Of a stretch of DNA of 64,000 nucleotides, positions 1 through 9,441 are shown piece by piece; position 1 is the stretch's first letter, and every line of letters starts with the position of its first letter. The notes beneath the pieces were generated by a model. That model ran no database searches. It was not told the DNA's origin and was given only the letters and a program-made list of their open reading frames with translations. Source of the stretch: a virus. The translations under genes were made by a program, and so were the position numbers. Location: IMG/VR virus record IMGVR_UViG_3300027708_000023, one strand, 5' to 3'.

Positions 1-525
1 GTTGGCGTAGCAGTTGGCGTAGCAGTTGGAGTTTCCGTGACCGTTGCGGTTGGCGTAGCAGTTGGCGTAGCGGTTGGAGTATCCGTGACCGTTGCGGTTG
101 GCGTGGCCGTTAAAGTTGCGGTTGGCGTTGCTGTTAGCGTAGCACTTGGCGTGGCCGTTAAAGTTGCGGTTGGGGTTGCTGTGGGTGTTGAAGTATTTGT
201 AACGGTAGAAGTTAGAGTAGGTGTAACGGTTGCTGTTGGAGTAGGTGTTAATGTTGGAGTGGAAGTTAAGGTCGGAGTAGTCGTAATGGTCTTAGTTGGG
301 GTGGCTGTAACAGTGGCTGTTAATGTCGCGGTCGGTGTTGCTGTTAAAGTAGTCGTTGGAGTAGCTGTTAATGTAACTGTTGGAGTAGCTGTAGGTGTTC
401 TAGTTAAAGTTGAAGTAGCTGTAATACTGGATGTGGGCGTTTTTGTTGGAGTGGATGTTTTTGTTGGAGTGGGTGTTGGTGTTTTTGTGGGTGTTGGTGT
501 TTCTGTTAGCTTTGGAGTATTCTGA
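1..525. repeat. Low-complexity coding repeat ([12 protein letters not shown] units)
   Basis: Recurrent 12-bp units such as gttggcgtagca; encodes Thr-Ala-Thr-Pro on the minus strand. Confidence 0.9.
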
Positions 526-1391
526 TCAACAAATCCGAAACAGACTGTGCAGTAATATTCTGCAGTACCATAGTTGAACTTTACACTACTCATTGTTCCG
601 TCGATTCGAATAATGTTGAATCCTTCTGCTCCAATAAATTGAGTATATTGTGTGGGGCTTACTTGATTTAGATATGTTGTTTGCGACCAAGGCTCGCTGG
701 TTAACGACCAAATGGGTGTAAACGGTTTTGGATTGCCATTTTCGTCAAGCACCTGTACTGGAACCGCTGTGCTGGGATTACCAACGCTAGAAAATGCAAC
801 CAGAGCATCTGTGACTGGAGAACTAAATGTTGCAGTAAATACCCCGGCCTGAGTATTTCCAATTTGTGCCGTTCCGATTAGTGGAACCCCGTATTCTTCC
901 GGGAAATTTGTGGCCGCATACATACCATCGTGCTGGAACATACCACCACCATTTTGGGTGACATTTATTGTTATATTATTTTGACCAATTCCTGATGCTG
1001 TAGATTCTGTAATAGAATTCATTGTCATCCACTGAAACCCTGAGCTACCAAAAGTTGGAGGCGTGGGACTAGGAGTGGGAGTGGGTGTAGCTGTAATGCT
1101 AGATGTGGGTGTTTTAGTTAATGTAGATGTTTTGGTTAGCGTTGGAGTTGGAGTTGGTGAAAAACCGTAGCTTGGGGTGGGAGTAGGAGTAGGAGTGGGT
1201 GTAGAAGTGCAATAATAAGAAGACCTATGAAATCTACTTAAAACATTATTTTTTAGTTCATCAAAATAATTATTAGTTCTATTTTGATTATCGGGACATC
1301 TTACTTGTCCTGGTCCTTTTCCTGGTAGGCCGATAAACAAACACCCGTTATCTGGATTATCGTCAGGTTTTATCTTTTCAATATCTGACAT
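1..1391 (-). CDS. Thr/Pro-rich mucin-like putative virion/fibre protein (C-terminus runs off the window; missed by the ORF track)
   Basis: ATG at 1391 opens [28 protein letters not shown]..., a TPTPTP linker, a globular domain ([10 protein letters not shown]...[11 protein letters not shown]), then long TATPTATL repeats to the window edge with no stop. Confidence 0.85.
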   Translation of the reverse strand, partial: MSDIEKIKPDDNPDNGCLFIGLPGKGPGQVRCPDNQNRTNNYFDELKNNVLSRFHRSSYYCTSTPTPTPTPTPSYGFSPTPTPTLTKTSTLTKTPTSSITATPTPTPSPTPPTFGSSGFQWMTMNSITESTASGIGQNNITINVTQNGGGMFQHDGMYAATNFPEEYGVPLIGTAQIGNTQAGVFTATFSSPVTDALVAFSSVGNPSTAVPVQVLDENGNPKPFTPIWSLTSEPWSQTTYLNQVSPTQYTQFIGAEGFNIIRIDGTMSSVKFNYGTAEYYCTVCFGFVDQNTPKLTETPTPTKTPTPTPTKTSTPTKTPTSSITATSTLTRTPTATPTVTLTATPTTTLTATPTATLTATVTATPTKTITTTPTLTSTPTLTPTPTATVTPTLTSTVTNTSTPTATPTATLTATPSATLTATPTATLTATPTATVTDTPTATPTATPTATVTETPTATPTATP

Positions 1392-1483
1392 TATGGGGTG
1401 GTTCCTAAACTTATAAACAGAGTGGTGTCTAACAAGAATTTACACCAAAGTTTTAGGATAAAAGAAGATCAGAGACAGATTGA

Positions 1484-1825
1484 TCACTTAGTTGGACATT
1501 TCCCAGTTGAGCAATTAGGCTGGGAGATTATGACCTTTTTAGGAGCTGTTGGATTAATAGACTGAATTGATCCAATACTAACAGATCCCTTATCTGGCTC
1601 GCAATATGTACATTCTATTTTAAGAATACCATCACCACTTACATAAAATCCTTTGCCCTTGCAAACTGGACAATCTTTTCTTTTGTATTTTGAAGAGGTC
1701 TCTTGTACATGCTTTGCTTTAATAATTCCTCCAGCAAGAGTTACCGGGGCTATTGTTGAACCATAGTAATGAGATTCAGTAAATAATAAACTAACAAAAA
1801 ATAGGCCCATAAATAATTTATTCAT
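1484..1825 (-). CDS. Signal-peptide protein with CxxCxGxG...CxxC zinc-finger-like motif
   Basis: Hydrophobic N-terminus; CPVCKGKG and CTYC. Confidence 0.7.
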   Translation of the reverse strand: MNKLFMGLFFVSLLFTESHYYGSTIAPVTLAGGIIKAKHVQETSSKYKRKDCPVCKGKGFYVSGDGILKIECTYCEPDKGSVSIGSIQSINPTAPKKVIISQPNCSTGKCPTK

Positions 1826-1826
1826 T

Positions 1827-2015
1827 TTACTTTCTCCATGGCAAGATATTATCTACCAAATCTTTGAGAGGTCTTCTGGGTTTTGGTTTTGGTTTTACTG
1901 GGCCATCAGGCTTATCTTCTGGAATATGTTTTTCAAATATCTTGAGTACTGCTAAGATAAAATCCAGAAGCATTTGTACAGCACGATTTAAAGCTATTCT
2001 GTCTATTAGTCTCAT
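1827..2015 (-). CDS. Small hypothetical protein
   Basis: ORF tightly packed with neighbours; amphipathic N-terminus, PKPKP linker. Confidence 0.65.
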   Translation of the reverse strand: MRLIDRIALNRAVQMLLDFILAVLKIFEKHIPEDKPDGPVKPKPKPRRPLKDLVDNILPWRK

Positions 2016-2046
2016 AGAAATAATCTCTTATTAAAAAGGAGGACAT

Positions 2047-2062
2047 AAATATATACACCAAA
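2047..2062 (-). promoter_or_regulatory. Putative late-promoter motif TGGTGTA (representative copy)
   Basis: TTTGGTGTATATATTT; related copies near 1441, 4395, 7462, 8092, 13162, 24196, 28492, 32424, 34854, 47287. Confidence 0.55.
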
Positions 2063-2107
2063 TTACTTTGATTAGTTTTACGTCCCTGATTATTTCAAAT
2101 AGCTAGA

Positions 2108-3034
2108 CTACAAATAGTCGTCAAATCCATAGCTTGGTAGTTTTTGTAATGGAAAACCATCAAAACCACTAAAAGCATACGATCCATTCATAGCTAACAT
2201 TCCAGCAGCATCATCAGCGCGAATTAAAAATGATCCGTCTGGAATTGGACCCCATTCTGGATGACCACCATCATTCCATTTACCCCAGCTATTCTGCACT
2301 AAAAATGCTGGCTCACTACCAGTATCGTCACAAGCTATCCAAGCCATGCAATGACCCCAACTGCCAGACTGTCTAGCAAATCCTTTTTTATCTCTAGTAT
2401 TACTAAAACCATAACTAGAGCATACTGCTAATCCATAACCATTAGCTAGAGCGTCACGAGCTTCTTCTACTGTTCGTATTAGTGAAGCAGTCTTGATTTG
2501 GTGGTCGTTGGCTGTATCTATTACCTTGTCGGGTAATCCCCTGCCGCCCCAACCAGCCCCAAGATTACCATTATATTTACTAAAGTCAGCAACCCCAGGA
2601 TAATTTTTTCTTACTACTATTCCACCAATCTTGCTAACAAACTCTGCGGCCCTAGAGCAACTCATGCCCTCACCAGAAAATCCTCTTGCTCCATAGATAG
2701 CTTCTGTTGCTCCTTTTGCTACCCAATCCTCTCTCTCATTACCAATATCTATTTCTACTGCTCGCGTAACATCAGTAGCATTTCGTGTTCCATGACTTAC
2801 ACAATCTCCAGTGGTTTGTCTTTCATTATAAGGATTTTTATCAAATTTTAACACACTCTTATATGGTGTTGAAAGTTTCCCCTTACCACTACCACTAATT
2901 TTTTTACTAGCATCACCAAATAATGGATACTTGGAGGTTTCCATCAGATGATCATATACGTGCTGCTCCCAGATGCATCCACTAAAACCTTTGCGATAAT
3001 TATCATATAGTTCTTTTGGAGAGAGTCTTGGCAT
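2108..3034 (-). CDS. Papain-like (C1) cysteine peptidase
   Basis: QTTGDCVSH (oxyanion Gln and catalytic Cys), WGHCM (His), QNSWG (Asn). Confidence 0.85.
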   Translation of the reverse strand: MPRLSPKELYDNYRKGFSGCIWEQHVYDHLMETSKYPLFGDASKKISGSGKGKLSTPYKSVLKFDKNPYNERQTTGDCVSHGTRNATDVTRAVEIDIGNEREDWVAKGATEAIYGARGFSGEGMSCSRAAEFVSKIGGIVVRKNYPGVADFSKYNGNLGAGWGGRGLPDKVIDTANDHQIKTASLIRTVEEARDALANGYGLAVCSSYGFSNTRDKKGFARQSGSWGHCMAWIACDDTGSEPAFLVQNSWGKWNDGGHPEWGPIPDGSFLIRADDAAGMLAMNGSYAFSGFDGFPLQKLPSYGFDDYL

Positions 3035-3528
3035 TATTTTGATCCTTGATTACAAGCCCAGGCTAAAGCATTAAGACCTTCTACAGCTTTAACTCTGAGC
3101 TCTTTTGATAAAAGTATTTGGTCATCTCCAATAGCTGCTACTACTACTTCTTTTGCTTCTTTGGCCAGATCAGGATACTTACCCTTAATGTCTAGTCTAA
3201 GCATAACACCAGCTAAACTATTAGCTTGACGAATTTCTTCAGTACTTTTAACCACTTCGTTTTCTCCATCAAGCTCAACAAGCTTTGCTAGATCAAGATA
3301 CAAATCTCGCAATCTTTTAGCATCGCCCTTTGCTCCAGATTCTTTCAAAACCACCACAACATCATCAGCTTCTTTTTTGACAGCTGGATCTGTTGGTTCT
3401 GGTAGTTCTAAAACATCAACAGCATTAGGTCTATTTGGTAGAATACTAAATCTTGATAGATCAAACTTGGTTAAACCAACCAGAATGAGCAAGCCAGCAA
3501 CTACCAGTACTAGGTTATTGTTTTTCAT
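3034..3528 (-). CDS. N-terminally membrane-anchored helical protein
   Basis: LVLVVAGLLILVGL transmembrane segment; translationally coupled to the peptidase. Confidence 0.75.
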   Translation of the reverse strand: MKNNNLVLVVAGLLILVGLTKFDLSRFSILPNRPNAVDVLELPEPTDPAVKKEADDVVVVLKESGAKGDAKRLRDLYLDLAKLVELDGENEVVKSTEEIRQANSLAGVMLRLDIKGKYPDLAKEAKEVVVAAIGDDQILLSKELRVKAVEGLNALAWACNQGSK

Positions 3529-3923
3529 ACTACTTTATCCTCTTTTTTAGCACACACATTGGGACTTAGAAATGGAAACATCTGATCAGCAACCTTAACG
3601 GCTTCGGCACAACCGCTCTTTTCTGCTAAATCACGAGTTTGCTTCCACGATACCACAAGCTTAAAAAATACATCGTCTTTGTCACCGACTGCTTTAGGTA
3701 GTACAACTGGATCAAACTTTGGAACATCAACTGTTGGTAGCTTCATTCCACCGCCAGACGTTAAACCTTTAACTCTGTCAATAACAGAAGTTAGTAATTG
3801 TTGGACGGGACTAAGCTTATCCTTGAATAGCACCCACAATACTAAACCCACACCAGCGTAAAGAGCCAAATCCGTTGTGCTCAACTTGCTACTAAACTCT
3901 TGAAAGCTTTCTGTAAAATTCAT
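3525..3923 (-). CDS. Single-pass membrane protein
   Basis: LALYAGVGLVLWVLF segment; 4-bp overlap with next gene. Confidence 0.75.
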   Translation of the reverse strand: MNFTESFQEFSSKLSTTDLALYAGVGLVLWVLFKDKLSPVQQLLTSVIDRVKGLTSGGGMKLPTVDVPKFDPVVLPKAVGDKDDVFFKLVVSWKQTRDLAEKSGCAEAVKVADQMFPFLSPNVCAKKEDKVV

Positions 3924-3936
3924 TTTAATTCCTCTT

Positions 3937-4368
3937 TTATTTATCTGAAACTTTTGGGGTATTGTCTACACTTGGATCAACGGTATTTGGATCATCAAAT
4001 ATTCCGGTCTTTCTGAAAATTTCAACCATAGAATCTATTGTTGAACTTACCAACAACATCAAAAGAATCTTGATGTACTTTTGTATAATAGGTTGGAACA
4101 TGACTGGGACAAAGGGGATGTTCACTACTAAAAAAACTTTATCATAAAAATTACTTATCATACTCAAAGCAATTTCTTTTTTATTAGATCCCTTCAAAGA
4201 AGGATTATTATCTTCAATAATTTGTATTGCTTCTGCTACTGCTAATTGTAAAATTCCCCACGCTTGAGCTACAGCAACAGATTTATTATTAGACAGAGTG
4301 CTTTTAACTTTATCTATAAGATCTTGTAGCTTGCTAGAAAGTTCAATACCTAAAATTTGATTATCCAT
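3937..4368 (-). CDS. Hypothetical protein (possible holin-like/membrane-associated)
   Basis: LKGSNKKEIAL motif and hydrophobic C-terminal half; GGAG RBS. Confidence 0.65.
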   Translation of the reverse strand: MDNQILGIELSSKLQDLIDKVKSTLSNNKSVAVAQAWGILQLAVAEAIQIIEDNNPSLKGSNKKEIALSMISNFYDKVFLVVNIPFVPVMFQPIIQKYIKILLMLLVSSTIDSMVEIFRKTGIFDDPNTVDPSVDNTPKVSDK

Positions 4369-4411
4369 ATAAAACTCCTCTTGTTATAAGAAAATACACC
4401 AAATAAAGAAA

Positions 4412-4747
4412 TTAGGTCAATGACTGATCTGTGATTTCTGTTGAGGGTTTCTTTTTGGCGGTTTTCTTCTTGCGTCTAGAATTATTTTTATTTGCCACTT
4501 TTCTTTCTTCAGGAGTTGCGGTACTCCACCAAGTTTTTTTAAGTTCTGTTCTTCCATTAATGTATTTAAATAATACTGTTAATTGTCCTATAATAAGAAT
4601 AGTTGCTTCTAAACCCTTGCTTGTTTCTTGAATTAGATCTTCTTTTTGAGAATTTTCTCCAATAATTCCCATTAAATATAATCCACTAAATATAAAGCTA
4701 ACCATTGTGAACCAGAACTCACTGGTTTTGTAGCCGGGTTTTACCAT
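4412..4747 (-). CDS. Holin-like two-TM membrane protein
   Basis: KPGYKTSEFW start, two hydrophobic helices, basic C-terminal tail. Confidence 0.6.
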   Translation of the reverse strand: MVKPGYKTSEFWFTMVSFIFSGLYLMGIIGENSQKEDLIQETSKGLEATILIIGQLTVLFKYINGRTELKKTWWSTATPEERKVANKNNSRRKKKTAKKKPSTEITDQSLT

Positions 4748-4762
4748 ATATTAATCTCCAAA

Positions 4763-4966
4763 TTATGAAGGTGTTCCTCTGGGAATATAATATTCAGTAT
4801 CGTCAAAACGATTATTTGTAAAGCTGTCTAAAGAAGATAGGCCTTGTTCTGTATCTTTGCTATTATCAAAAGTTGTCTCTAAACCAGTTTTTGTAACTGA
4901 TAATAGTGATGCTCCGTTTTTAATTGGATTAGATAATATAACTGTTGTAATATTTAATGTGCTCAT
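4763..4966 (-). CDS. Small paralog of the N-terminal domain of 4985..7075
   Basis: IKNGASLL.V.KTG.E..FD.S.DTEQGL......TNNRFDD..YY.P shared with the adjacent gene. Confidence 0.8.
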   Translation of the reverse strand: MSTLNITTVILSNPIKNGASLLSVTKTGLETTFDNSKDTEQGLSSLDSFTNNRFDDTEYYIPRGTPS

Positions 4967-4984
4967 AATAATTTTATGCCTTGC

Positions 4985-7075
4985 TTACCGGGGTTGACCA
5001 TTATCACAACGTAGGTATGAATAGTTTTCTCTTATGTTTATACCTGGTGGAAGTGCTGGTAAGCAATATCCGGCCGTATCTGGATCTAACCATGTGTGTA
5101 TTCTAGGGCCATAGTCAGGTATGTCAATAAGTATTCTCCATCTGTTGCATCTCTTATAAAGATGAAATGTTATACCATATGCTGCTATCATTCCTTCCTG
5201 ATAACTCATTGCATCATAGTGATTTGTAACACCATCCAATCCAGTTATATCTACACAAAATTTGAGACCCCCTCCAGTTGTTATACCTCTCTGTAAAAAT
5301 TCAGAACAAAAAGTATTTTCACATGAATCAGTCCATAAGACTCCTGGTTCTCCTCTGGATTGATAACTATCATTACATCGCGCAAATGGTATGCGTTGGC
5401 AACCATAAGCCCAAAAATGCTCAGGATCATCATTTACACAACAATGGGGGTCTCCATTGTCAAGGCATTCTGTGCGAGATATGTCAGCAACTTGACCAGC
5501 TGGGCAACAATCTTTTCCTGTGAAGCTGTCATAAACTCTATTTGTTGGACAGCATGATCCATTAACACACTCTTCATCTGATTTGCAGCATTGAGCTCCT
5601 CCACAAATCTTGTCCGGATGACAACATTCTCCATTTATACAAGGATGTCCAGGCTCACAACATATGTCTCCGCAACCCACTCTGCCTGATGGACAACACA
5701 GTCCTGCTCCATTTGGATCGCTAGCATTTGGATAGCAATCCCATCCTGGTTGACAGCATTTTTCTTTGATATATGTATAAGGTTTACCATTAGCAGTGCT
5801 TGTAACGATTTCTTGACCACATTTAGTATGAAATTCTTTGCATACACAATCACAATTAAAATTTTTAGAAACTTGGTCAAACCTAATAGATTTATGAACT
5901 GCGTCACATGAAAAATAATTTGCACATCTGCATTTATCCTTATTTCCTCCCCATACTTTTCCTGGACCACAATCAACGCAAGTCCAGGTGTGTGGAGATG
6001 TACTAAAATCATAAAGAACATTTTGATCCATTGGACATTTGCATTCACATTCATTTGCTGAAGTAAATACAGTACTATCTAGAAATTCATTACCGTCTCC
6101 TGTACACGCATTAACACGACAACAGGTTTCCCATGTTCCAAAAATACCTCCACCATAAGAGTAAGGTCTCCAATAAGTGTGAAACTTATTTTTTCGTAAA
6201 TACTGGCGATCTGCAGAGTAACCTGAGTCTGCATTATCACAATCTTTTTGACTAAGAATAACTTTATTGTTAGTTGTACCACCACTCATAATACCCAATC
6301 CTTGATTTTGGGTATAAGAAATTTTTGCTTGTATTGTTTTAGAAGTATAGTCTCTTGACAGTGTCAAGTCAGTGCTATCTATAAGACTAAACACAGAAAG
6401 ATTATTAAAGTCTGTCAAAGAAATATCGTTTGGTAATAAGAACGTTAAGTTTATATCTCCAATAAAAGAGGCCGTTGTGTCAATTTCTATTCCTCTAAAA
6501 GAGGATGTTGGGTTATTTGCTGAAGGAAACTCACGAAATGTAGTAGTTCCTTGAGCTGTAACTTCTTGAAAAGAAACAGAAAGACCAAGAGATATTCCTG
6601 TCTGTTGTTGAGAGAATGGATTTAATGTTACATTTGTTCCTGTCGAAGTAACTACTGAAGCATTATAGTAACAGTCTCCAGTAGTTGGTTCTAATGTTTG
6701 TCCGCTTGGACAAGTTTCTGGATTTCTAAATAATAAAGTGTTTCCTAAAAACATTTTAGACGTATTGAAATTCTCTAACTCAGGAGAAATTACATATAAA
6801 GTATTAGAATCTCTACTAGTTAAAGCCTTAAAGTTACTTTCTGAAATATTTACTATATTTGTATTACCAGATACTCCAGAAGAGCACTGTGGAGCATAAT
6901 ACATTCTATCATCAAATCTATTATTTGTTTCAGGAGCTAGTACTTCTAATCCTTGTTCAGTATCTCTACTGCTATCAAAGAGTACTTCTGTGCCAGTTTT
7001 ATTGACTAATAGTAATGATGCTCCATTTTTAATATCATTAGCAGAGATGGCCTTTGTTATATCTGGTGTGCTCAT
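4985..7075 (-). CDS. Large Cys-rich putative tail fibre/adhesin
   Basis: ISESNFKALTSRDSNTLYVI resembles a phage fibre motif; C-terminal half has dozens of Cys in CC/CxC repeats. Confidence 0.75.
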   Translation of the reverse strand: MSTPDITKAISANDIKNGASLLLVNKTGTEVLFDSSRDTEQGLEVLAPETNNRFDDRMYYAPQCSSGVSGNTNIVNISESNFKALTSRDSNTLYVISPELENFNTSKMFLGNTLLFRNPETCPSGQTLEPTTGDCYYNASVVTSTGTNVTLNPFSQQQTGISLGLSVSFQEVTAQGTTTFREFPSANNPTSSFRGIEIDTTASFIGDINLTFLLPNDISLTDFNNLSVFSLIDSTDLTLSRDYTSKTIQAKISYTQNQGLGIMSGGTTNNKVILSQKDCDNADSGYSADRQYLRKNKFHTYWRPYSYGGGIFGTWETCCRVNACTGDGNEFLDSTVFTSANECECKCPMDQNVLYDFSTSPHTWTCVDCGPGKVWGGNKDKCRCANYFSCDAVHKSIRFDQVSKNFNCDCVCKEFHTKCGQEIVTSTANGKPYTYIKEKCCQPGWDCYPNASDPNGAGLCCPSGRVGCGDICCEPGHPCINGECCHPDKICGGAQCCKSDEECVNGSCCPTNRVYDSFTGKDCCPAGQVADISRTECLDNGDPHCCVNDDPEHFWAYGCQRIPFARCNDSYQSRGEPGVLWTDSCENTFCSEFLQRGITTGGGLKFCVDITGLDGVTNHYDAMSYQEGMIAAYGITFHLYKRCNRWRILIDIPDYGPRIHTWLDPDTAGYCLPALPPGINIRENYSYLRCDNGQPR

Positions 7076-7091
7076 TATAAAAATTCCTTAA

Positions 7092-7415
7092 TTAAGTTTT
7101 TTCTATTCTATATTCAATTGCTTCAAGAGTTTTGGCTAACATGGCAATTTGCACTTTTAGTTCATTCATTACTTCTGTGTTTCTTTGTAATGCCATTGAA
7201 AATGCATTTTGACTTTCTTTGTTGCTTGCTAATCTTTCCATAATAAATTGACGATCTTGTAGGTATGGAGAGTGTGTTTGTATTAGATTTTCAATTTCAG
7301 ATTTGGTCACAACATGTCTTACTAGTGCTGCCCAAAATGTAATGAGCGTAACTATAATTCCTATACTCGTAGTTGCAATAATCTGCCAAATATGTGCTAG
7401 ATTAGAATCGCTCAT
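7092..7415 (-). CDS. Single-TM plus coiled-coil protein (holin/spanin-like architecture)
   Basis: GGAG RBS before ATG at 7415; TM IIATTSIGIIVTLITFWAALV; heptad C-terminus. Confidence 0.7.
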   Translation of the reverse strand: MSDSNLAHIWQIIATTSIGIIVTLITFWAALVRHVVTKSEIENLIQTHSPYLQDRQFIMERLASNKESQNAFSMALQRNTEVMNELKVQIAMLAKTLEAIEYRIEKT

Positions 7416-7438
7416 AATAATACTCCATAAAATCAGAA

Positions 7439-7480
7439 AGGCCACTGATACTTATGTATTATACACTGTATCAGTGACCT
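7439..7480 (-). terminator. Stem-loop / likely intrinsic terminator
   Basis: AGGTCACTGATAC...GTATCAGTGGCCT 13-bp stem followed by TTCT on the minus strand. Confidence 0.55.
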
Positions 7481-7508
7481 TAATGAAAATTTTAAAATCT
7501 AATATAAA

Positions 7509-8048
7509 TCAACCGCCAGTTTTGGCCTTATAGTTGGCCCTAACAACGCCTTGGCCGAGACCATAGACTAATTTGCCAGGAACAGCTCTGGTTGGACTTG
7601 CTGCAACGTCAGAACCGAAACTATCTGTTGCAGAAGTTGGGTTAACTGTAAACTTGCCTGTGATAAGATTAAAGTTACCAGCTCTCATGGCTGTTGCCTT
7701 GCGAACAACTCTGCGAGACTCAATTTTATGGATACTTTGGATCTGACTTGGAACATTAGCAAGTCCAAGAAGAACATTGCTTGAAGAAGCTCCGACTACT
7801 ACTGATAATCTAGCTGAAATTGGTTTTTGTGTACTATAAGCAAAAACACCAGCAGTAACAGCTTTATCTGTTGTTTCTCTGTCTACTACTACTGAACCAG
7901 TTGTTACAGTACTTCTACCAAGACCTACCTTAGATACTCTGCCTGTTGGACTACCAGCATTGACAGCAACACCATTGTTGTTTTTGGTGGAACCGCCAAA
8001 ACGATAGTTACCAGTTACGGCTGAACCATTAACTTGTTTTGTTGCCAT
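7509..8048 (-). CDS. Gly/Ser/Thr/Val-rich putative structural protein
   Basis: Virion-like composition; GGAG RBS. Confidence 0.65.
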   Translation of the reverse strand: MATKQVNGSAVTGNYRFGGSTKNNNGVAVNAGSPTGRVSKVGLGRSTVTTGSVVVDRETTDKAVTAGVFAYSTQKPISARLSVVVGASSSNVLLGLANVPSQIQSIHKIESRRVVRKATAMRAGNFNLITGKFTVNPTSATDSFGSDVAASPTRAVPGKLVYGLGQGVVRANYKAKTGG

Positions 8049-8104
8049 TTCAATCTCCTAGGATAAAAAGTGATGACTAGTCATACTATTTATACCCCAA
8101 AAAA

Positions 8105-8764
8105 TCAAAAAGCATTATTTTTAGTAGCTAATTCTAAAGATGGTATATTTGATACCCTGAGACCGCTCACTCCAGACTTGCGAACATTCTCCATTTGCTG
8201 CTTAGTCCATACGTTGCCGTTGCAGATAACTTTGATATCAGATTTGGCCATTAAATATTTGGCCGCAATAATATTATCGTTAATATCGTCCAAAAGAAAT
8301 CCAGAAGCTGGGAAAACATGACCAATATCAAAAGTTTTTAGAATCTGGCAAAGTTTGGCCAGTATTTCATGACTAAATACCCTATATTCTAAAACATACC
8401 TTAATTCGACATTGTGTTGTTTGCATGTCTCAGAATTAAGTTTGATATCTTCTCTAAATTTGTCGTATTTTCGATTTACGATTAGTTTGGATGGAATATT
8501 TAGGTCAATAATATTGACTTGATTATTTTTAGCTACTTGTTGAACGATTTGATTTCTTGTTGCTGTATCTGTTAATCCCATGGGGTAATCAATAGAACAT
8601 GAAACTTTTATAGAATCCGGAACTAATGCTTTTATTGAAGATAATGAATATGGATGAATAGAAATAGAATAAGGATTATATTGTACTGCATTTTGAATAT
8701 TTTTTTTTACTTCATCTTCGTTTATTCCTATGTCGTAGCAAGCATATTCTAGTTGCATATTCAT
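8105..8764 (-). CDS. DeoC (deoxyribose-phosphate aldolase)-fold protein, catalytic lysines apparently absent
   Basis: SIDYPMG, IIDLN, LRYVLE, VFPASG, VICNGN align by eye with DeoC VGFPLG, EIDMV, LKVIIE, VKTSTG, VKASGG. Confidence 0.7.
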   Translation of the reverse strand: MNMQLEYACYDIGINEDEVKKNIQNAVQYNPYSISIHPYSLSSIKALVPDSIKVSCSIDYPMGLTDTATRNQIVQQVAKNNQVNIIDLNIPSKLIVNRKYDKFREDIKLNSETCKQHNVELRYVLEYRVFSHEILAKLCQILKTFDIGHVFPASGFLLDDINDNIIAAKYLMAKSDIKVICNGNVWTKQQMENVRKSGVSGLRVSNIPSLELATKNNAF

Positions 8765-9441
8765 CTCTTTGCGTATGTTTTTAAATAGTCTATATTAGGA
8801 AATTTTTTGGTACCCAAAATACCATCAGCAAAACCATAGTCAACAGCTTGTTGTGCGGTTAATATCCAATCGCATTTGCTAGCCAATTGAGAAATGATAT
8901 GCTTTTTGGCCATCATTCTTTTCCAATTTTTTTCTTTATATATGCTACTATTCATACACCGATCAGTAAATACATCCACCATCTTATCACACTCTCTTTC
9001 GTTCCATTCAACACCCGCAGCCGCCGCTTTACTATGTTCTGCATCCATACTAAATGAGCCATAATGAATCAACACATTTGTGTTTGGCATTAATATTCTC
9101 AAATCAGCAGCCTGCAATAAAACACTACTAGAAGATTCTGCTTTGGCATAAGCTAATATTATAACATCTGCTTTAGATGCTTTAATCGCATCATACATAC
9201 CCAAACAGTCTTGCCAGTGTCCTCCGGGCAAATGCATATGAACTAAGATTGGTTCTAAAGACAATAGATTTAAGTATCGTAGATTTTTTTCAAACTTAAC
9301 AGAACTCCTGTAATCTATACCTCCTTCTTCTTCTCCATCTGCCATATAGGAATGTAAATATATTTCTCTGTTTAATATATCTATATTATGGTCATGAAGA
9401 TAAGAGATATCATTTTCTTTATTTGGATTAACCATAATCAT
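8761..9441 (-). CDS. clpP: ClpP-like (S14) serine protease
   Basis: REIYL, HLPGG, AES (Ser), LIH (His), CDWILTAQQAVDYGFAD (Asp). Confidence 0.85.
   Translation of the reverse strand: MIMVNPNKENDISYLHDHNIDILNREIYLHSYMADGEEEGGIDYRSSVKFEKNLRYLNLLSLEPILVHMHLPGGHWQDCLGMYDAIKASKADVIILAYAKAESSSSVLLQAADLRILMPNTNVLIHYGSFSMDAEHSKAAAAGVEWNERECDKMVDVFTDRCMNSSIYKEKNWKRMMAKKHIISQLASKCDWILTAQQAVDYGFADGILGTKKFPNIDYLKTYAKR

Noticed and set aside
37-525. Plus-strand Val/Gly/Ala-rich 162-aa ORF that looks like a membrane protein
   Set aside because: Antisense shadow of the Thr/Pro repeats of the minus-strand gene 1..1391
1-525. Tandem repeats as a possible CRISPR array or non-coding VNTR
   Set aside because: Units are codon-multiple, degenerate at third positions, and have no unique spacers; no cas genes
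5096-6554. Several overlapping alternative-frame ORFs within the Cys-rich gene
   Set aside because: No recognisable motifs or RBS; the main frame is continuous
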